Shown: piece by piece, positions 27,800-59,769 of the stretch
How positions within the stretch are numbered: the stretch's first letter is position 1
Layout of the letters: each line of letters opens with the position of its first letter
From: the human T2T-CHM13v2.0 reference genome, Homo sapiens
Reading direction: 5' to 3' (one strand)
Length of the DNA: 64,000 nucleotides
NCBI RefSeq assembly: GCF_009914755.1
Contig: NC_060931.1
Translations under genes and position numbers: made by a program
Notes under the pieces: model-generated
Databases searched by the model: none
Told to the model about the DNA's origin: nothing
The model's input: only the letters and a program-made list of their open reading frames with translations

Positions 27800-29430
27800 T
27801 AACTATTATATATTATATATAGTATATATGATATATAATAACTATTATATATTATATATAATAACTATTATATATATTATATATTATATATAACAACTAT
27901 TATATATAATATATAAATATAGCCTATATATACAAATATATATAGCCTATATATATAGCCTATATATAAATATATAAAATATATAAAAATATAAAAAATA
28001 AATACATATTTATATAAATATATAAATATATATAGGCTATATATATAAATATATATAACCTATATATAAATATATATAGCCTATATATAAATATATATAG
28101 GCTATATATATATAAATATGGCCTATATATAAATATACATAGCCTATATATAAATATATAGCCTATATATAAATATATATAACCTATATATAAATATATA
28201 TAGCCTATATAAAAATATATATGTAGCCTATATATAAAATATATACAGCCTATACATATATATAGCCTATATATATATTTATATAGCCTATATATAAATA
28301 TATATATAGGCTATATAAATTTATATATAGGCTATATATATAGGCTATATATAAAAATATATATAGCCCATATATAAATTTATATATAGCCTATATATAA
28401 ATATATATATAGGCTAATATATAGGCTATATATAAAAATATATATAGCGTATATATATTTATATATAGGCTATATACATTTTTATATATATATATTTATA
28501 TATAGGCTATATATATTTATATATAGGCTATGTATATTTATATATAGGCTATATGTATATTTATATATAGGCTATATATATTTATATATAGGCTACATAT
28601 ATATTTATATATAGCCTATATATATTTATATATAGGCTACATATATTTATCTATAGGCTATATATACATTTATATATAGGTTATATATATATTTATATAT
28701 AGCCTATATATATTTATATATTTATACAACTATGCATATATTTTTTATATATTTTATATATTTTATATATTTATATATATTATATATATAAATATATATA
28801 GGCTGTATATATTTATATATAATATATATAAATATATATAGGCTGTATATATTTATATATATACAGCCTATATATAAATATATATATAGCCTATATATAA
28901 ATATATATATATAGCGTATATATCAATATATGTTTAGCCTATATATATATTTATATATATTTAGCCTATATATAAACATATATAGGCTATATATAGAAAT
29001 ATATATAGCCTATATATAGAAATATATATATAGCCTATATATAGAAATATATATAAATATATATATACATATATAAGGATATATATAAATATATACATAT
29101 ATATGGATATATATAAATATATATACATATGTAGGGATATATATAAATATATACATATATAGGGATATATATAAATATATATACATATATAGGGATATAT
29201 ATAAATATATATACACATATATAGGGATATATATACACATATATGTATATATATTTATATATATACATATATATGTATATATATAAATATATATATACAT
29301 ATATAAGGATATATATACAGGGATATATATATAAATATATATACACATATATAGGGATATATATATAGGGATATATATATAAATATATATACACATATAT
29401 ATAGGGATATATATATAAATATGTATATAG
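27800..29430. repeat. AT-rich satellite (TA-based units with AGCCT/AGGCT cores, then GGGAT cores) containing a ~0.8 kb quasi-palindrome
   Basis: Almost entirely A/T; units tatatagcctatatataaat and their reverse complement atttatatataggctatata. Confidence 0.95.
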
Positions 29431-29525
29431 GCAAAACTGATCCCTCTCCAAATTAAGACTACTATTTTTATTCTAGAACCTGGATCCCAAAAAGAGAAAA
29501 TTAGCCCATCTCCCATTGGAGTATT

Positions 29526-29526
<1 letters not shown>

Positions 29527-29589
<63 letters not shown>

Positions 29590-29807
29590 TATATATACAC
29601 ATATATATACACACACACACACATATATATATATACACATATATAAACACACACACACATATATATATATGTATTTCCCTTTCCTACCTTTTCTGTTACT
29701 CTGGGTCACCATCTTTCCCAGAGACCACATGTTGAAACTTCTGGCAGAAGTCCCTGAAACAGTCTTGGCAAAGTGGCTCATGCCTGTAATCCCAACACAT
29801 ATATATG

Positions 29808-29850
<43 letters not shown>

Positions 29851-30016
29851 GTGTATATATATGCGTATATATATGTGTGTATATATGTGTGTATATATAC
29901 GTGTATATATGTGTGTATATATACGTGTATATATGTGTGTATATATGTGTATATATGTGTATATATATGTGTATATATGTGTGTATATATATGTGTGTGT
30001 ATATATATGTGTATAT

Positions 30017-30055
<39 letters not shown>

Positions 30056-30057
30056 CA
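29527..30057. repeat. Compound microsatellites (CT)n(TA)n(CA/TA)n and (TG/TA)n(GA)n in inverted arrangement
   Basis: Directly visible at 29527-29670 and 29797-30057. Confidence 0.9.
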
Positions 30058-30336
30058 AGCATTGCCTATGGCAGGGTGGGAAAGGTGAGGAGCTCAGATA
30101 AGCCAGAGAAAGACCCATGCATTGCATTGAATAATAAGTTTCGGTGGCTGCTTGTTGGTTGTGAAAGAATCTTTTTCTGCAGTCCTGTCAGCTCTCAAGT
30201 TTCCCACTTTAGGGAGGAAAAAGCTCCCCATGTTCCATGATCCTGTACTCGCCTAATTCTGTCAGCCACAGTCATCAGCAAAAAGTGCAAGGCAGATTAA
30301 TCCAAAGACAGGGATGGGCACGGTGGCTCATGCCTA

Positions 30337-30651
<315 letters not shown>

Positions 30652-30962
30652 CTAATCTTAGCTCAGAGGGGCTTTACTAAGAGAGGCCTCTAACCCCCTA
30701 CATCTTAGGAAAAACTGTAACCTTTCTAAGTTGCACCTCAAACACAAGTTTTGTCAAGTGTTCTTGCCTTTTATTAAAGGGGACCTTTTGTCTTATCTGT
30801 CTTAGGAGACACTCTAACTTCTCTAAGTTGGGCTACTAACCCAATCCCATTCCATACCTGGGTAAGCCACCACTTACGAAAGGTTAGCCAATTGGTGATT
30901 CCGTGTATTTCCTTTGGGTTGGGGGTTTCCTTAGTATCATCCCTTTGTGATTCACTGAAAAG

Positions 30963-32545
<1,583 letters not shown>

Positions 32546-32583
32546 GAGGACTGCCTCCTTCGTGAAATCTCAGGCTGCCTTCA

Positions 32584-33319
<736 letters not shown>

Positions 33320-33449
33320 CTGCAAAGGATCCGCAGCAAGGAAGGTCATAAAATCTGAAATTGTAAAATAATTCTTTATATTTTTTCAATTTATGAATAA
33401 CTATATTATATATCATTTATAAATGCATATGACATTATACACAAGGTTA

Positions 33450-33700
33450 AATGCAAGTATCCTCTGGGGTTGGCCTGGCTCAGATCAGGGAAGAAGCCTT
33501 GGCTGTAAAGGCTGCAGCCTAACCTGTTACTTTTGCTTTATTCAGCCCAGTGTCTGATCAAATTTTCCGTCACTCAGGGCATGAAGGGTGGGGCCTCAAA
33601 CCTTATCCAATCAGGGGCCGTGAAATAGAAACTGTCCAATCAGGAATGCAGCGGGAGAGAACAGGACGCTTCCGTAAGGTTACGGGTTCTTTTTGCTTCT
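33450..33700 (+). promoter_or_regulatory. ZNF716 core promoter typical of ZNF91-family genes
   Basis: Two CCAAT boxes (33607, 33636), a GC-box-like gggtggggc and an ETS-like cgcttccg directly before the first exon. Confidence 0.7.
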
Positions 33701-33800
33701 CTGCGCCCAGAGCTCCAGTCCTTCTCTTCACTGCTCTGCGTCCTCTGCTCCTGGAGGCCAAGCCTCTGTGGCCTTGTGTCCTGCAAGTATTCGCAGATTT

Positions 33801-33839
33801 ATGGCTAAAAGACCGGGACCCCCTGGAAGCCGAGAAATG
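33801..33839 (+). CDS. ZNF716: KRAB zinc finger protein, coding exon 1 (MAKRPGPPGSREM)
   Basis: ATG at 33801; donor ATG|gtgagt; 39 nt. Confidence 0.9.
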
Positions 33840-34539
33840 GTGAGTGCTGGGTCTGTCACCGTGAGAGAGGGGTGGGGGCTGGTTGGAACTGACTGAAAGT
33901 GGCTGTAGCAGGACCCAAACTTCCTCGCAGTCAGCTCCGGAGTCTGAGGACCCAAATCCTCCTTGTCCCAGCTCGGCTCTTAGTCCCCTCGAGCGTTAAG
34001 ATGCTGCCTGGGCCAGCGGCTGGGACCCTGGGAGTTCTGTCTTTTTCCTCTGCAGTGGCTTTGCCCTGGACTGGAGCCCTCTCTGGGCAGCTCTACACTC
34101 CCAGCGCCTCATCTCACCCAGACTGTGCAGGGATGGGAAAGTCATCAGGGAAGAATCCAGACTTAGGGTGCAGGATTCGTGAGTGGAAAGAGCTGTGTTC
34201 CCTGGGGTCCCTAGTTCCTCATTTTTTCTTTTAGAGATGTATGGGGAGTCGCTGTAAAAATATCAGAGAATTGAATCAAAGTGTGATTCAAGAATCTTAG
34301 AGCGCCCAGCTATGGTTTGTGGGTTGTGATCCATGGGAGAGACTTGAAGGAAAGTTTGTTATAAGTTTCATGATGAAGCAAACCCGATTAAATAATTGGT
34401 TTGGTACAGTTAGGTAGTTTCCTTGTTTGTAAGATCCAGGTGAAAATGGCTTGGTTATGTCATCAGAGATTAATTGGCAGTCTGTGGTTGACTAGGCCTG
34501 AATATTTTTCTTCAAGAAAGTAATTTCCAAGAAATGCAT

Positions 34540-36334
<1,795 letters not shown>

Positions 36335-37317
36335 TTAGTACTGCTTGGGGATAAACCAAGATACCTACTGTGGCCGTGTCTGCTGGAGTGTCTAGTGAAT
36401 ATCATCCCCTGAGTTATTTTCTTTTTGAGAATAGCATGCGGTATGAAGTGTAGCCTTCCAAGAGAGCAAATGGATGCCTGGGGCTGAGAGTGATCTCCTG
36501 GTATACTCTTCCTGTAAAATGCTAATCCCTTGGGACACTAGAATCATCTTTACCTAACTCAGCTTTGGTTTCATGGAGACATATTGCTGGTCAGCCAATC
36601 AGATGCGGGTATTGAGAGAAAAACACAGAAGTAATTTCTGCCCTCTGGATTCTGTCAGATTTGTGAAGGGAAGAAAACTACCCCTAAAGGCAAAAAAACC
36701 TGACCCCAATAAGATGGTGCAAGAATCTCAAAGTAATTGCACCTGGGGAACTCATGAGGGCACAGTGCAGTGTCTCCTGGAGTGGTTGTCCTTGAGCATT
36801 TCAGTGAGCAGGATGCTCATGGGAGACTCTCTCAAGTGATTGGACGGTTTGATTTGACACATGAGTCAGACATGTCTGTTCCAATCAGCACTGCCACTCT
36901 CTGGGTTTGTCACCTTGAAAAGATAGTTTCACTTCTTTCGACTTAAGTTAGTTAACTGTAAATTGCATTTTATCAGTAGAGCTCAATATGTAAGAAAATA
37001 TTTACAAAGGGCATAAAAGAGGGAAGTTTCAGAAAAAAAATGTAGTCATGTATTCTATTGGTTAAAAATTCACATTTGCCCTTTTCTTTCTCAGAGTAAC
37101 TGTAGAAATTTTCTCAGGTGTGTTATTTTTTGGCTGTGTGATTTCACACAGTATTCTAAGGCTTAGCTTTGCGAATATTACCGAGGGAGAGAATATGAAA
37201 AATGTCTCTTCCATTATGGCTGTCGGAAATGAATACATTTGCACAATAAAATGTGTGAGATAACTGGGGAATTACATAGATTCATCAAAACATCAGTCTC
37301 TCTTTTTGCAAAATTAA

Positions 37318-42620
<5,303 letters not shown>

Positions 42621-43619
42621 TTGAATTATCCTATACATTTTCTTTTTAAAATTAATGATAAACATAAGAAGAAATGAAAATGCTGTGCTCTTAATCTAAA
42701 TGCTAAAAATTATTCAACACTTAGTACCAGCTCCCAGGGTGCTATGAAAATTAAATCACAAAATGTGTTATTCCCAGCACAGTGTTCTGTGACATGCTCC
42801 TGAGCACACAGTACCTGCTTAGTACATGTGTACAGGTTTCCCAAGTGCAGATTCACTCAGACATTGCTGTCTTCTGTTGTCTCTGTAAACTTAAAAAAGC
42901 CAACAAAAAATATAATATTTTGGAATGGAGATTAGTTGTCTTTATTTGTAGCAGAAGTATTAGTATTGTGACAAATGTGGTATGTGTAAGGGACTCTTCT
43001 GTGCCTGCTTTCTCTTGCTAATGCTAATAATGTGTCTGCGAAAGCACAATCAGCATTTACAGGGGACTTGTTGAAAAAGCCCATTCCTGGACCCTTTTGG
43101 ATCCCGCAGAATCACATTGCATAAAGCAGGGCCAAGATTACCAAGTGATTTATAAACTTGAGGGGTTCAAGATACATTCATGAGAGTTTAGTTCAACCTT
43201 TGCATCAAAGGAAGGCTGCACTGCCTGCCCTGTTTCAGTTTGGTAGGAAGAGGTCAGTGCGGTTCATGCTCCCATTACTGTAAAGAACATTGCTGGTGTC
43301 TGATAGGGGAGGGCAGGGGAAAAAGAAACATATTTTAATAGTTATGGAGAAGCTTGTTGTTCTCTCATTGCTCTTAAATCTTTTCAGTTATTAACAACAA
43401 AAATGGGTGAATGTTTTCTGCAAGTCTCGGTCTTTCTGCCCGTGGGTGTGTGTGGTGGTAGCAGGTGAATAGGTTGTGCTTTAAAGGCATATTCTCAAGA
43501 TGCAGGTTTGATATGTTCCAGAGCATCTCATCTGATAATGCATTTCAGGGAAAGAGGAGGAAGAGAAAAAAAATCACTTTTTCTCAGGTGAGCATGTCTC
43601 AGATCAAGAGCAGCATTCA

Positions 43620-45690
<2,071 letters not shown>

Positions 45691-45974
45691 ACATGTCCAT
45701 ATTGATGCCCTTAATTTTATAATTCATCACCCAGAAAAGTATCATATCTACAGTGGTATTGTGGATCTTATGCTATCCTCTTTTCTCAGTTAGAGAATAC
45801 TTCCATGTTAAACATTATCTTAATGAATAATTTTAGTCACTCTTACAAGTCAGAACCACTTCTTTTTACTCTCTTATTTAACATGAGTCAAATAAAAATC
45901 TCTGCCTATGGCAACATGGTAACTGTTTGTGTGTTCATGAGTGTTTTTTTTGTTTGTTTATTTTTTGTTTTTAG

Positions 45975-46187
<213 letters not shown>

Positions 46188-46541
46188 TGAATTTTAGCTC
46201 TCCAGTTTTAAGAAAATCTTGGGGATTCATTGGTATATAGCAAATTCTTCAAGATGTTTTATCTTGACCTGAACTTTTCCCTTTCTTGCGCTTATGTATC
46301 TTTTGCTCTTGGTTAGTGGCAATTCCAAAACTGTCGTGGCATAAAATATCATTGCCCACAATTTAGAATTCAGTTCCTACCACCAATTTTTGATTCAGTA
46401 GCACTGAATAGTGAAATTAAGGACCTACAAATTTAAAGTATTTTCTAAATAGCTACAAAGATCTGTTACGAATCAATCTTAATTTTCTAGAATTTTCTAT
46501 CATATCCTCTTTACTAAGCATAATACTTGTTTGGTAATTAA

Positions 46542-46688
<147 letters not shown>

Positions 46689-47634
46689 TGAGAGCGAATG
46701 AAGCAGATGACACAGATGAGAGTTACAAAAGTCAAGGAGGAAGCCAGTCCTTAAAATGTGGTCTGGGGAGCTGTACTTCGATGGAAGAGTTTCTGAGAAG
46801 CCAGAGTCATTTTTTTCTATTATGCTTACATAGGGACACCTTCTACTCCATGCTTTTAAATTCTCTAAGGATTCTACTTTCGGTTTAGTATTCTTCCTTC
46901 AAGTTCATAGTGCGAGCTAAAGTTTTCTTTATGGCTTATAAGGGACTGCAAAAACTGACTGCTTTGCCATTGCTTTTGGGGACACACAAATATCTGCACA
47001 TTTTTGAGAAACTCTATGTGAAACCATTTTTAAAGTTCTTTTTTGCATCATGACTCAAATGTGTGAGAATAGTAGTTTCTGTTTCATTGGAGGTTGTCCA
47101 TTTTTCTGCACATGCCATTCTGTTTTTATTACTATAGCCTTGACATATAAATTTTTTTTACAATTTTTTTATTTTTAAATTTTTATCCATGTATTTATTT
47201 ATTTATTTAGAGGCTGGGTTATGAGACTTGCTGTGGGGGAATATGCAAGCAGGGTACCTCTTATGTCTTCATGTTACTGTGTTGCATATTTTAGACATAG
47301 ATTCATAAATGGAATTGTTTATTGTATGATAATTTCATTTTTAATTATTTGAAAAACATTCATGATATTTTTTATGATGGCTGCGTCTTTTTTTCTCATC
47401 AACAGCTTACACAGGTTTCAATTGCTTTACATCATCAACATAGTTTGTGTTTTTAAAAAATTTATAGTGGCCATCCTAATTGATGCAAGGTAATTTTGTT
47501 TTTTTGTTTTGTATTGTGATTTTGTTTTGCATTTTTCTATAAATTATTAATTTTGTGCAACCTTTCAAATAGTTCTTCCCATTTGTATATCTTTTTAAAT
47601 TAAAAGGTAGTTCAATCATTTGTCCATTTCTTTT

Positions 47635-49160
<1,526 letters not shown>

Positions 49161-49235
49161 GATCTTTTGAAATTTACTAAGACTTATGAGTTCTAACAGA
49201 ATGCACCAGGAGCAAATAAGAATATTGCATGTCCA

Positions 49236-49758
49236 CATGCACACGTATGTTTATTGCGGCACTATTCACAATAGCGAAGACTTGGAACTAACCCAAATGT
49301 CCAACAATGGTAGACTGGATTAAGAAAATGTGGCACATACACACCATGGTATGCTATGCAGCCATAATAAATGATGAGTTCATGTCCTTTGTAGGGACTT
49401 GGATGAAATTGGAAATCATCATTCTCAGTAAACTATCGCAAGAACAAAAAACCAAAAACACCACATATTCTCACTTGTAGGTGGGAATTGAACAATGAGA
49501 ACACATGGACACAGGAAGGGGAACATCACACTCTGGGGACTGTTGTGGGGTGGGGGGAGTGGGGAGGGATAGCATTGGGAGATATACCTAATGCTAGATG
49601 ACGAGTTACTGGGTGCAGCACACCAGCATGGCACATGTATACATATGTAACTAACCTGCACATTGTGCACATGTACCCTAAAACTTAAAGTATAATAATA
49701 ATAAATAAATTTTAAAAAATGATTAAAAACAACATATTATGAAAATATATATATAAAA
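49236..49758 (+). mobile_element. 5'-truncated young L1PA (L1PA2/3-like) in ZNF716 intron 3, sense orientation
   Basis: Near-consensus L1 3' end (gctagatgacgagtta; gtaccctaaaacttaaagtataataataataaa). TSD aagaatattg(ca/tg)tgtcca at 49218-49235 and 49759-49776. Confidence 0.93.
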
Positions 49759-49831
49759 AAGAATATTGTGTGTCCAACCGCAATATTGACTGGGGAGTTC
49801 TGCATATGTCTGTTTAGCCTAGTTGGTTTAT

Positions 49832-50245
49832 AATATGGTGTAGATGGTTGTTCCCTCCAAATCTCATGTTGAAATGTAATCTCCAGTGTTAGATGTGGGG
49901 CCTAATGAGAGGTGTTTGCATCATGGAGACAAATCCCTCATGAATGACTTGGCACAATCCCCTTGGTAATCATAGAGTTCTCACTCTATTAATTCACATG
50001 AGAGCTGGTTGCTTAAAGGAACCTGGCTCCTCCACCTCACACTCGCATCATCTTTCATTATGTGACATGGTTGGTTCTTTTTTGCCTTCCACTATAATTG
50101 TAAGCTTCCTCATATCCTCACCAGAAGCAGATGCTGGCATATACTTCTTGTATACTCTACTGAACAGTGAACCAAAGAAATCTTTTTCTTTAGAAATTAC
50201 CCAGTCTCAGGCAATTTTTTATAGCAATGCAGAATGAATTAATAC
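49832..50245 (+). mobile_element. MaLR solo LTR (MST family)
   Basis: atatggt..ccaaatctcatgttgaaatgtaatc..aattacccagtctcagg..atagcaatgcagaatgaattaataca. Confidence 0.85.
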
Positions 50246-52219
50246 ACTATATTATGTTCTTCTGATTTTCTGTTTTTTTAATTGATCTTTTATTTGAATT
50301 TTTTTGTTGAAAATGAGATCTTAATGTTTGTAATTTTATGCTGCTATTTTAATTCTTGCTTCATTTCTGTCAATATTTGCTGTATATAAATATATATTTT
50401 GAAGCCCTGATATTATATATGCATATACATATATGTAGACATAATAGTTACAGATTCCTAGTAAATGGGCTCATTTTACCATTATATAATATCAATATCA
50501 ATAATATCGATATTTGTCTCATGCTAGTAATTGATTCATTTTCTTTTGTGTGTCTATAAAGATTTTTTCTTTGTGCTACATTGGAGATTTTAGAAAACCT
50601 CTTAATGTTACAACAGTATATTTTAAACTGGTAAAAAAATGACTTCAGTTGCATAGAAAAATTTATTCTCATTATATCTATCCCATATGTCTTATTAATG
50701 TCACTAATTATATCTTTTTATGTTTTTTGATTATTTTTATGCTTATATCTTTCAAATTTTAAAGAACAACTAAAAATGTTTTCCGCATGATCACAATAAT
50801 GCCACAGACTTTTATTTTTTGTAGATGCATATGTTTTTCAGAAAGTTATGTATTTTTTTCATCATGTAATTTTAAGTGGAAGGACCTCTTTTCAGCATTT
50901 TATTTAGGGCACATGCAGTGCTTATATGCTTTTCCAGCATTGGTTTATTCTGGAAGATCTTTATTTTTTGTTTATTTTGTAGTACGTGTTTGCTGGTTAT
51001 ATTATTCTCACCATGAAGATTTTTTTTCAGCACTTTGACCATTTTGCACGTTTTTTTCTGATCTGCAAGGTTTCTGTTGACAAATTCACTAGTTGTCTCA
51101 GGGGACTATGCTTATAAATAATACCTCACGTTTATCTTGCAGCTCCCAAGATTATCTTCTAGTTTGTGACTTTTGAAACTTTGCATGAATATGTGTTATG
51201 GACCTTTCTGTGTATATCCTAGTTTGTTTGTTTAGCTTCTTCATTAAATGTTTTCAGCTATTTTCTTTTACCTACACGTTTGTTTATTTTTATTATTCCA
51301 AGCTTTTGTTGATATTCTTATTTTTCTGATATTATTTAGGTATCTAGTTTTGCATTTCTCTCACTGAGCATAATATGGATTATCTTATATTTTTAAAATT
51401 AATATATAAATCTTTAGCTTAATAGTTTCTTTTTCAAAATTTTTTATTTTTTTGATTGGACCGTGTTGCCCTAATATTTTATAAACATAATAATCTTTGG
51501 TTGAGATTTAGACATTAATGGAAAACTACCTTTCACGATCTTTATAATGCAGCTCTTTCCTGGCATAGCCTGAAACCGATTGTCTTGGCTAGAGATTCTC
51601 GGAGTCTTTCAAACATGTTCTCAGGATGTGTCTTGTCTGCAATTTTGTATTTATTTTTCAGTTAAAAGACTTCTTCATGTTTCCTCTTAGCAGTCAGTAA
51701 CTACTTTCTACACCTGTTTTCTGTCCATGGTACAGCAGTCTTTCTGCTGTTGTTAACATTCACTTTTGATTTCAAAAGACTTAAAGGTGTCATTTCAAAG
51801 TATACCAGCATTTCATTCAGCACTTTCTGTCATGGAAGAGAGAAAGGCTCCCATAAGCCAAAAGTAAAGATATAGGTGCCAATATTTTTCTTTTGAGATA
51901 AAAGCCAGTTTGCTCCTAAAGACACCATGTTCTTCTAGTGGGGATGAGGAAGGGCTGTGTTGGGTAAATGTAGCAGACTTTTCTTTTGTCTCTCTATGGC
52001 TCTTGGCATTGTGCCCACCTGGTGCCCACAGTTACTTTACTTATAAATTTCCCACAAAGGTATTTTGATCACTACTATTTTGTTACATTTATACATCTAT
52101 GAAGGAATTACGGCTTATGGTATTTTGATATGCCATTTTGCTAATGTACTTTGTATAATTTTATATATTTGATTTGCAAAATATATTTATCTGAGTGTAG
52201 TAAGTGGAGAAACTTGTGA

Positions 52220-57070
<4,851 letters not shown>

Positions 57071-57254
57071 GAAAGTTATGTAGCAAGTTATTGTGTTTGT
57101 GTGAGTTTTTATGTATTTTCACAAAAGAACAATATTGAAACAAAAAGATCATTTTAATAAGGTAGATAATTAACTAGAAACCTGGAAACCTCATATTCTG
57201 AAAACAAAATCTATATTATGTGCCTTGTATTGAATTCATTACTGTAAAATCTTT

Positions 57255-59105
57255 TGCCACCCAAATCTTATCTCAAATTGTAATCCCCACGTGTCAAGGG
57301 AGGGACTTGCTGGGAGGTGATTGGAACATGGGGGTAATTTTCCCCCATGCTGTTCTCATTATAATGAGTTCTGAAAAGATCCAATGGTTTTATAAGTGGC
57401 TTTTTTTTTTCTGTTCTCCCTCTCCCTTGCTGCCTAGTGAAGAAGGTGCTTGTTTTCCTTTGCCTTCCACCATAATTGTAGGTTTCTTGAGACCTCCCCA
57501 GCCATGCAGAATTGTGAGTAAATTAAACCTCCTTTTTATGTAAATTACCCAGTCTCTGGTAGTATCTTCATAGTAGTGTGAAAACAGAGTAATATAGAGC
57601 TCTGAAAAAGATAGGAAGATGTGAGAAAGTTTGGAACTTCCTAAAGATTGTTGAATGCTTTTGACCAAAATGCTAATAGTGATATGGATGATAAAGTCCT
57701 AGCTGAGGTGGTCTCAGATGGAGATGAGAAACTTCTGTTTAAAATGGAAGCAGAACATAAAAGTTTGGAAAATTTGCAGCCTGACCATGAGGTAGAAAGT
57801 AAAAACCCATTTTTTGGAAAGAAATTAAAGCCACTGCAGAAATTTGCAAAAGCAAAAAGGAGCTCAATGTTAATAGCCAAGACAATGGGGAAAATGTCTT
57901 CAGGTCATGTCAAAGATGTGAGACAGGTCCTTCCATCACAGACCAGGAGCCATAGGAGGAAACAATGGTTTCATGGTTGAGGCCAGGGCCCCACTGTTCT
58001 GTGAAGCCTTGGGACTTGGTGCCCTAATCCCAGCTGCTCCACATCCAGCTGTGGCTAAAAGGGGCCAAGGCCCAGCTTGGGCTATTTCTTTAGAAAGTGC
58101 AATCCTCAAGCCTTGGTGTCTTCCATGCAGTGTTGGGCATGTGAGTGCACATAAGACGAGAGTTGAGCTCTAGGAACCTCTGCCTAGATTTCAGATGATG
58201 TATAAAAATGCCTGGATATTCAGTCAGAAGTCTTCTACAGGGGCAGAGCCCTCATAAAATACCTGTGATAGGACAATGCTGAAGGGAAATGTAGGGTTGG
58301 AGCCCTCACGCAGAGTCCCCACTGAAGTTGCCTGCTGGAGTTGTGAGAAGGCCACTATGCTCCAGACCCCAGAATGACAGATCCACCATGATCTTGCACT
58401 GTGCATCTGGAAAAGCCACAGGCATTCAATTCTAGTCCATGAAGGAGCTTCCAAAGGCCATGAGGGCCCACCCTTTGCATCAGCGTGGCCCACATGTGAG
58501 ACATGGAGTCAAATGAGAACATCTCAGACCTTTAAGAGTTACTGACTGCCCTGTTGGAATTCAAACTTGCATGGGGCCTGTAGCTCTTTGGTTTTGGCAA
58601 ATTTCTCCCATTTGAAATGGAAGAATTTACCTAAGGCCTGTACCCCATTGTATCTTGGAAGTTACTAACTTGCTTTTGATTTACAGGCTCATCAGTAGCA
58701 GGGACTTGCCTTGTCTCAGATGAGACTTTGGACTTAGACTTTCAGGTTAATGCTAAAATGAGTTAAGACTTTGGGGGACTGTTGGGAAAACATGTTTGGT
58801 TTTGAAATATAAAATGGCATGAGATTTGGAAGGGGCCAGGAGCAGAATGATACCCATGGTGTTCTCACAGTGAGTGAATTCTCATGAGATCGGATGGTTT
58901 TATAAGTGGTCATTTTTCCTGCTCTCCCTCTCTCTTGCCACCCAGTGAAGAAGATACTTGCTTCTCCCTCACCTTCTCCCATTATCGTAAGGTTCTTGAG
59001 GCTTCCCCAGCCATATGGAACCATGAGTCAATTAAACTTCCTTTCAATATAAATTTTCCAGTCTTGGGTAGTATCTGTATAGCAGTATAAAAAGAGACTA
59101 ATGCA
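57255..59105 (+). mobile_element. THE1 (THE1D-like) MaLR element: 5' LTR about 57255-57595, deleted internal region, 3' LTR 58848-59105 with internal deletion
   Basis: LTR motifs; internal ORF remnant LNAFDQNANSDMDDKVLAEVVSDGDEKL..SLENLQPDH; PPT aggggccaggagcagaa|tgata. Confidence 0.88.
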
Positions 59106-59475
59106 CAAATATATGATAGGGCTATCTGTATACTAGATGCTTCATAATTAGTCATAAATATTCCTGCTTGAGTGTCTGTAACTCTCAGTCACAGATGGGA
59201 AATATTAATGGTGATAAAATAACATTGATTATGCATGTGCAGAGGACATCTGTTCCCAGGCTGCAGAACAGCCTCTCTGAATTTACATAAAAATTCTGCC
59301 TTTTAAATTTTCTGATTATCTTTTGTGACCTTTTATGTTTATCCTAATGATGTATCCATCACAGCCCTTCCCCTTTTTTCTGTGTTATGGCTACGGTTTT
59401 CTCACTGTTCTCTCTGTGCCATGTCATTTCACACAGTACTTTGTAGGTTCTGATGAGAAGTTTGGAATTTTTTAA

Positions 59476-59769
<294 letters not shown>

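Noticed and set aside
27800-29430. Repeat array as a possible CRISPR-like structure
   Set aside because: No unique spacers and no cas genes; eukaryotic low-complexity satellite
28961-30127. Many Y/I/C/V-rich ORFs
   Set aside because: Translations of TA/TG microsatellites
43470-43595. Possible cryptic exon in intron 1 (donor cag|gtgagc near 43588)
   Set aside because: No clear paired acceptor or coding signal; cannot be supported from sequence alone
57648-57980. 110-aa ORF
   Set aside because: Fragment of the THE1 internal ORF, deleted and non-functional
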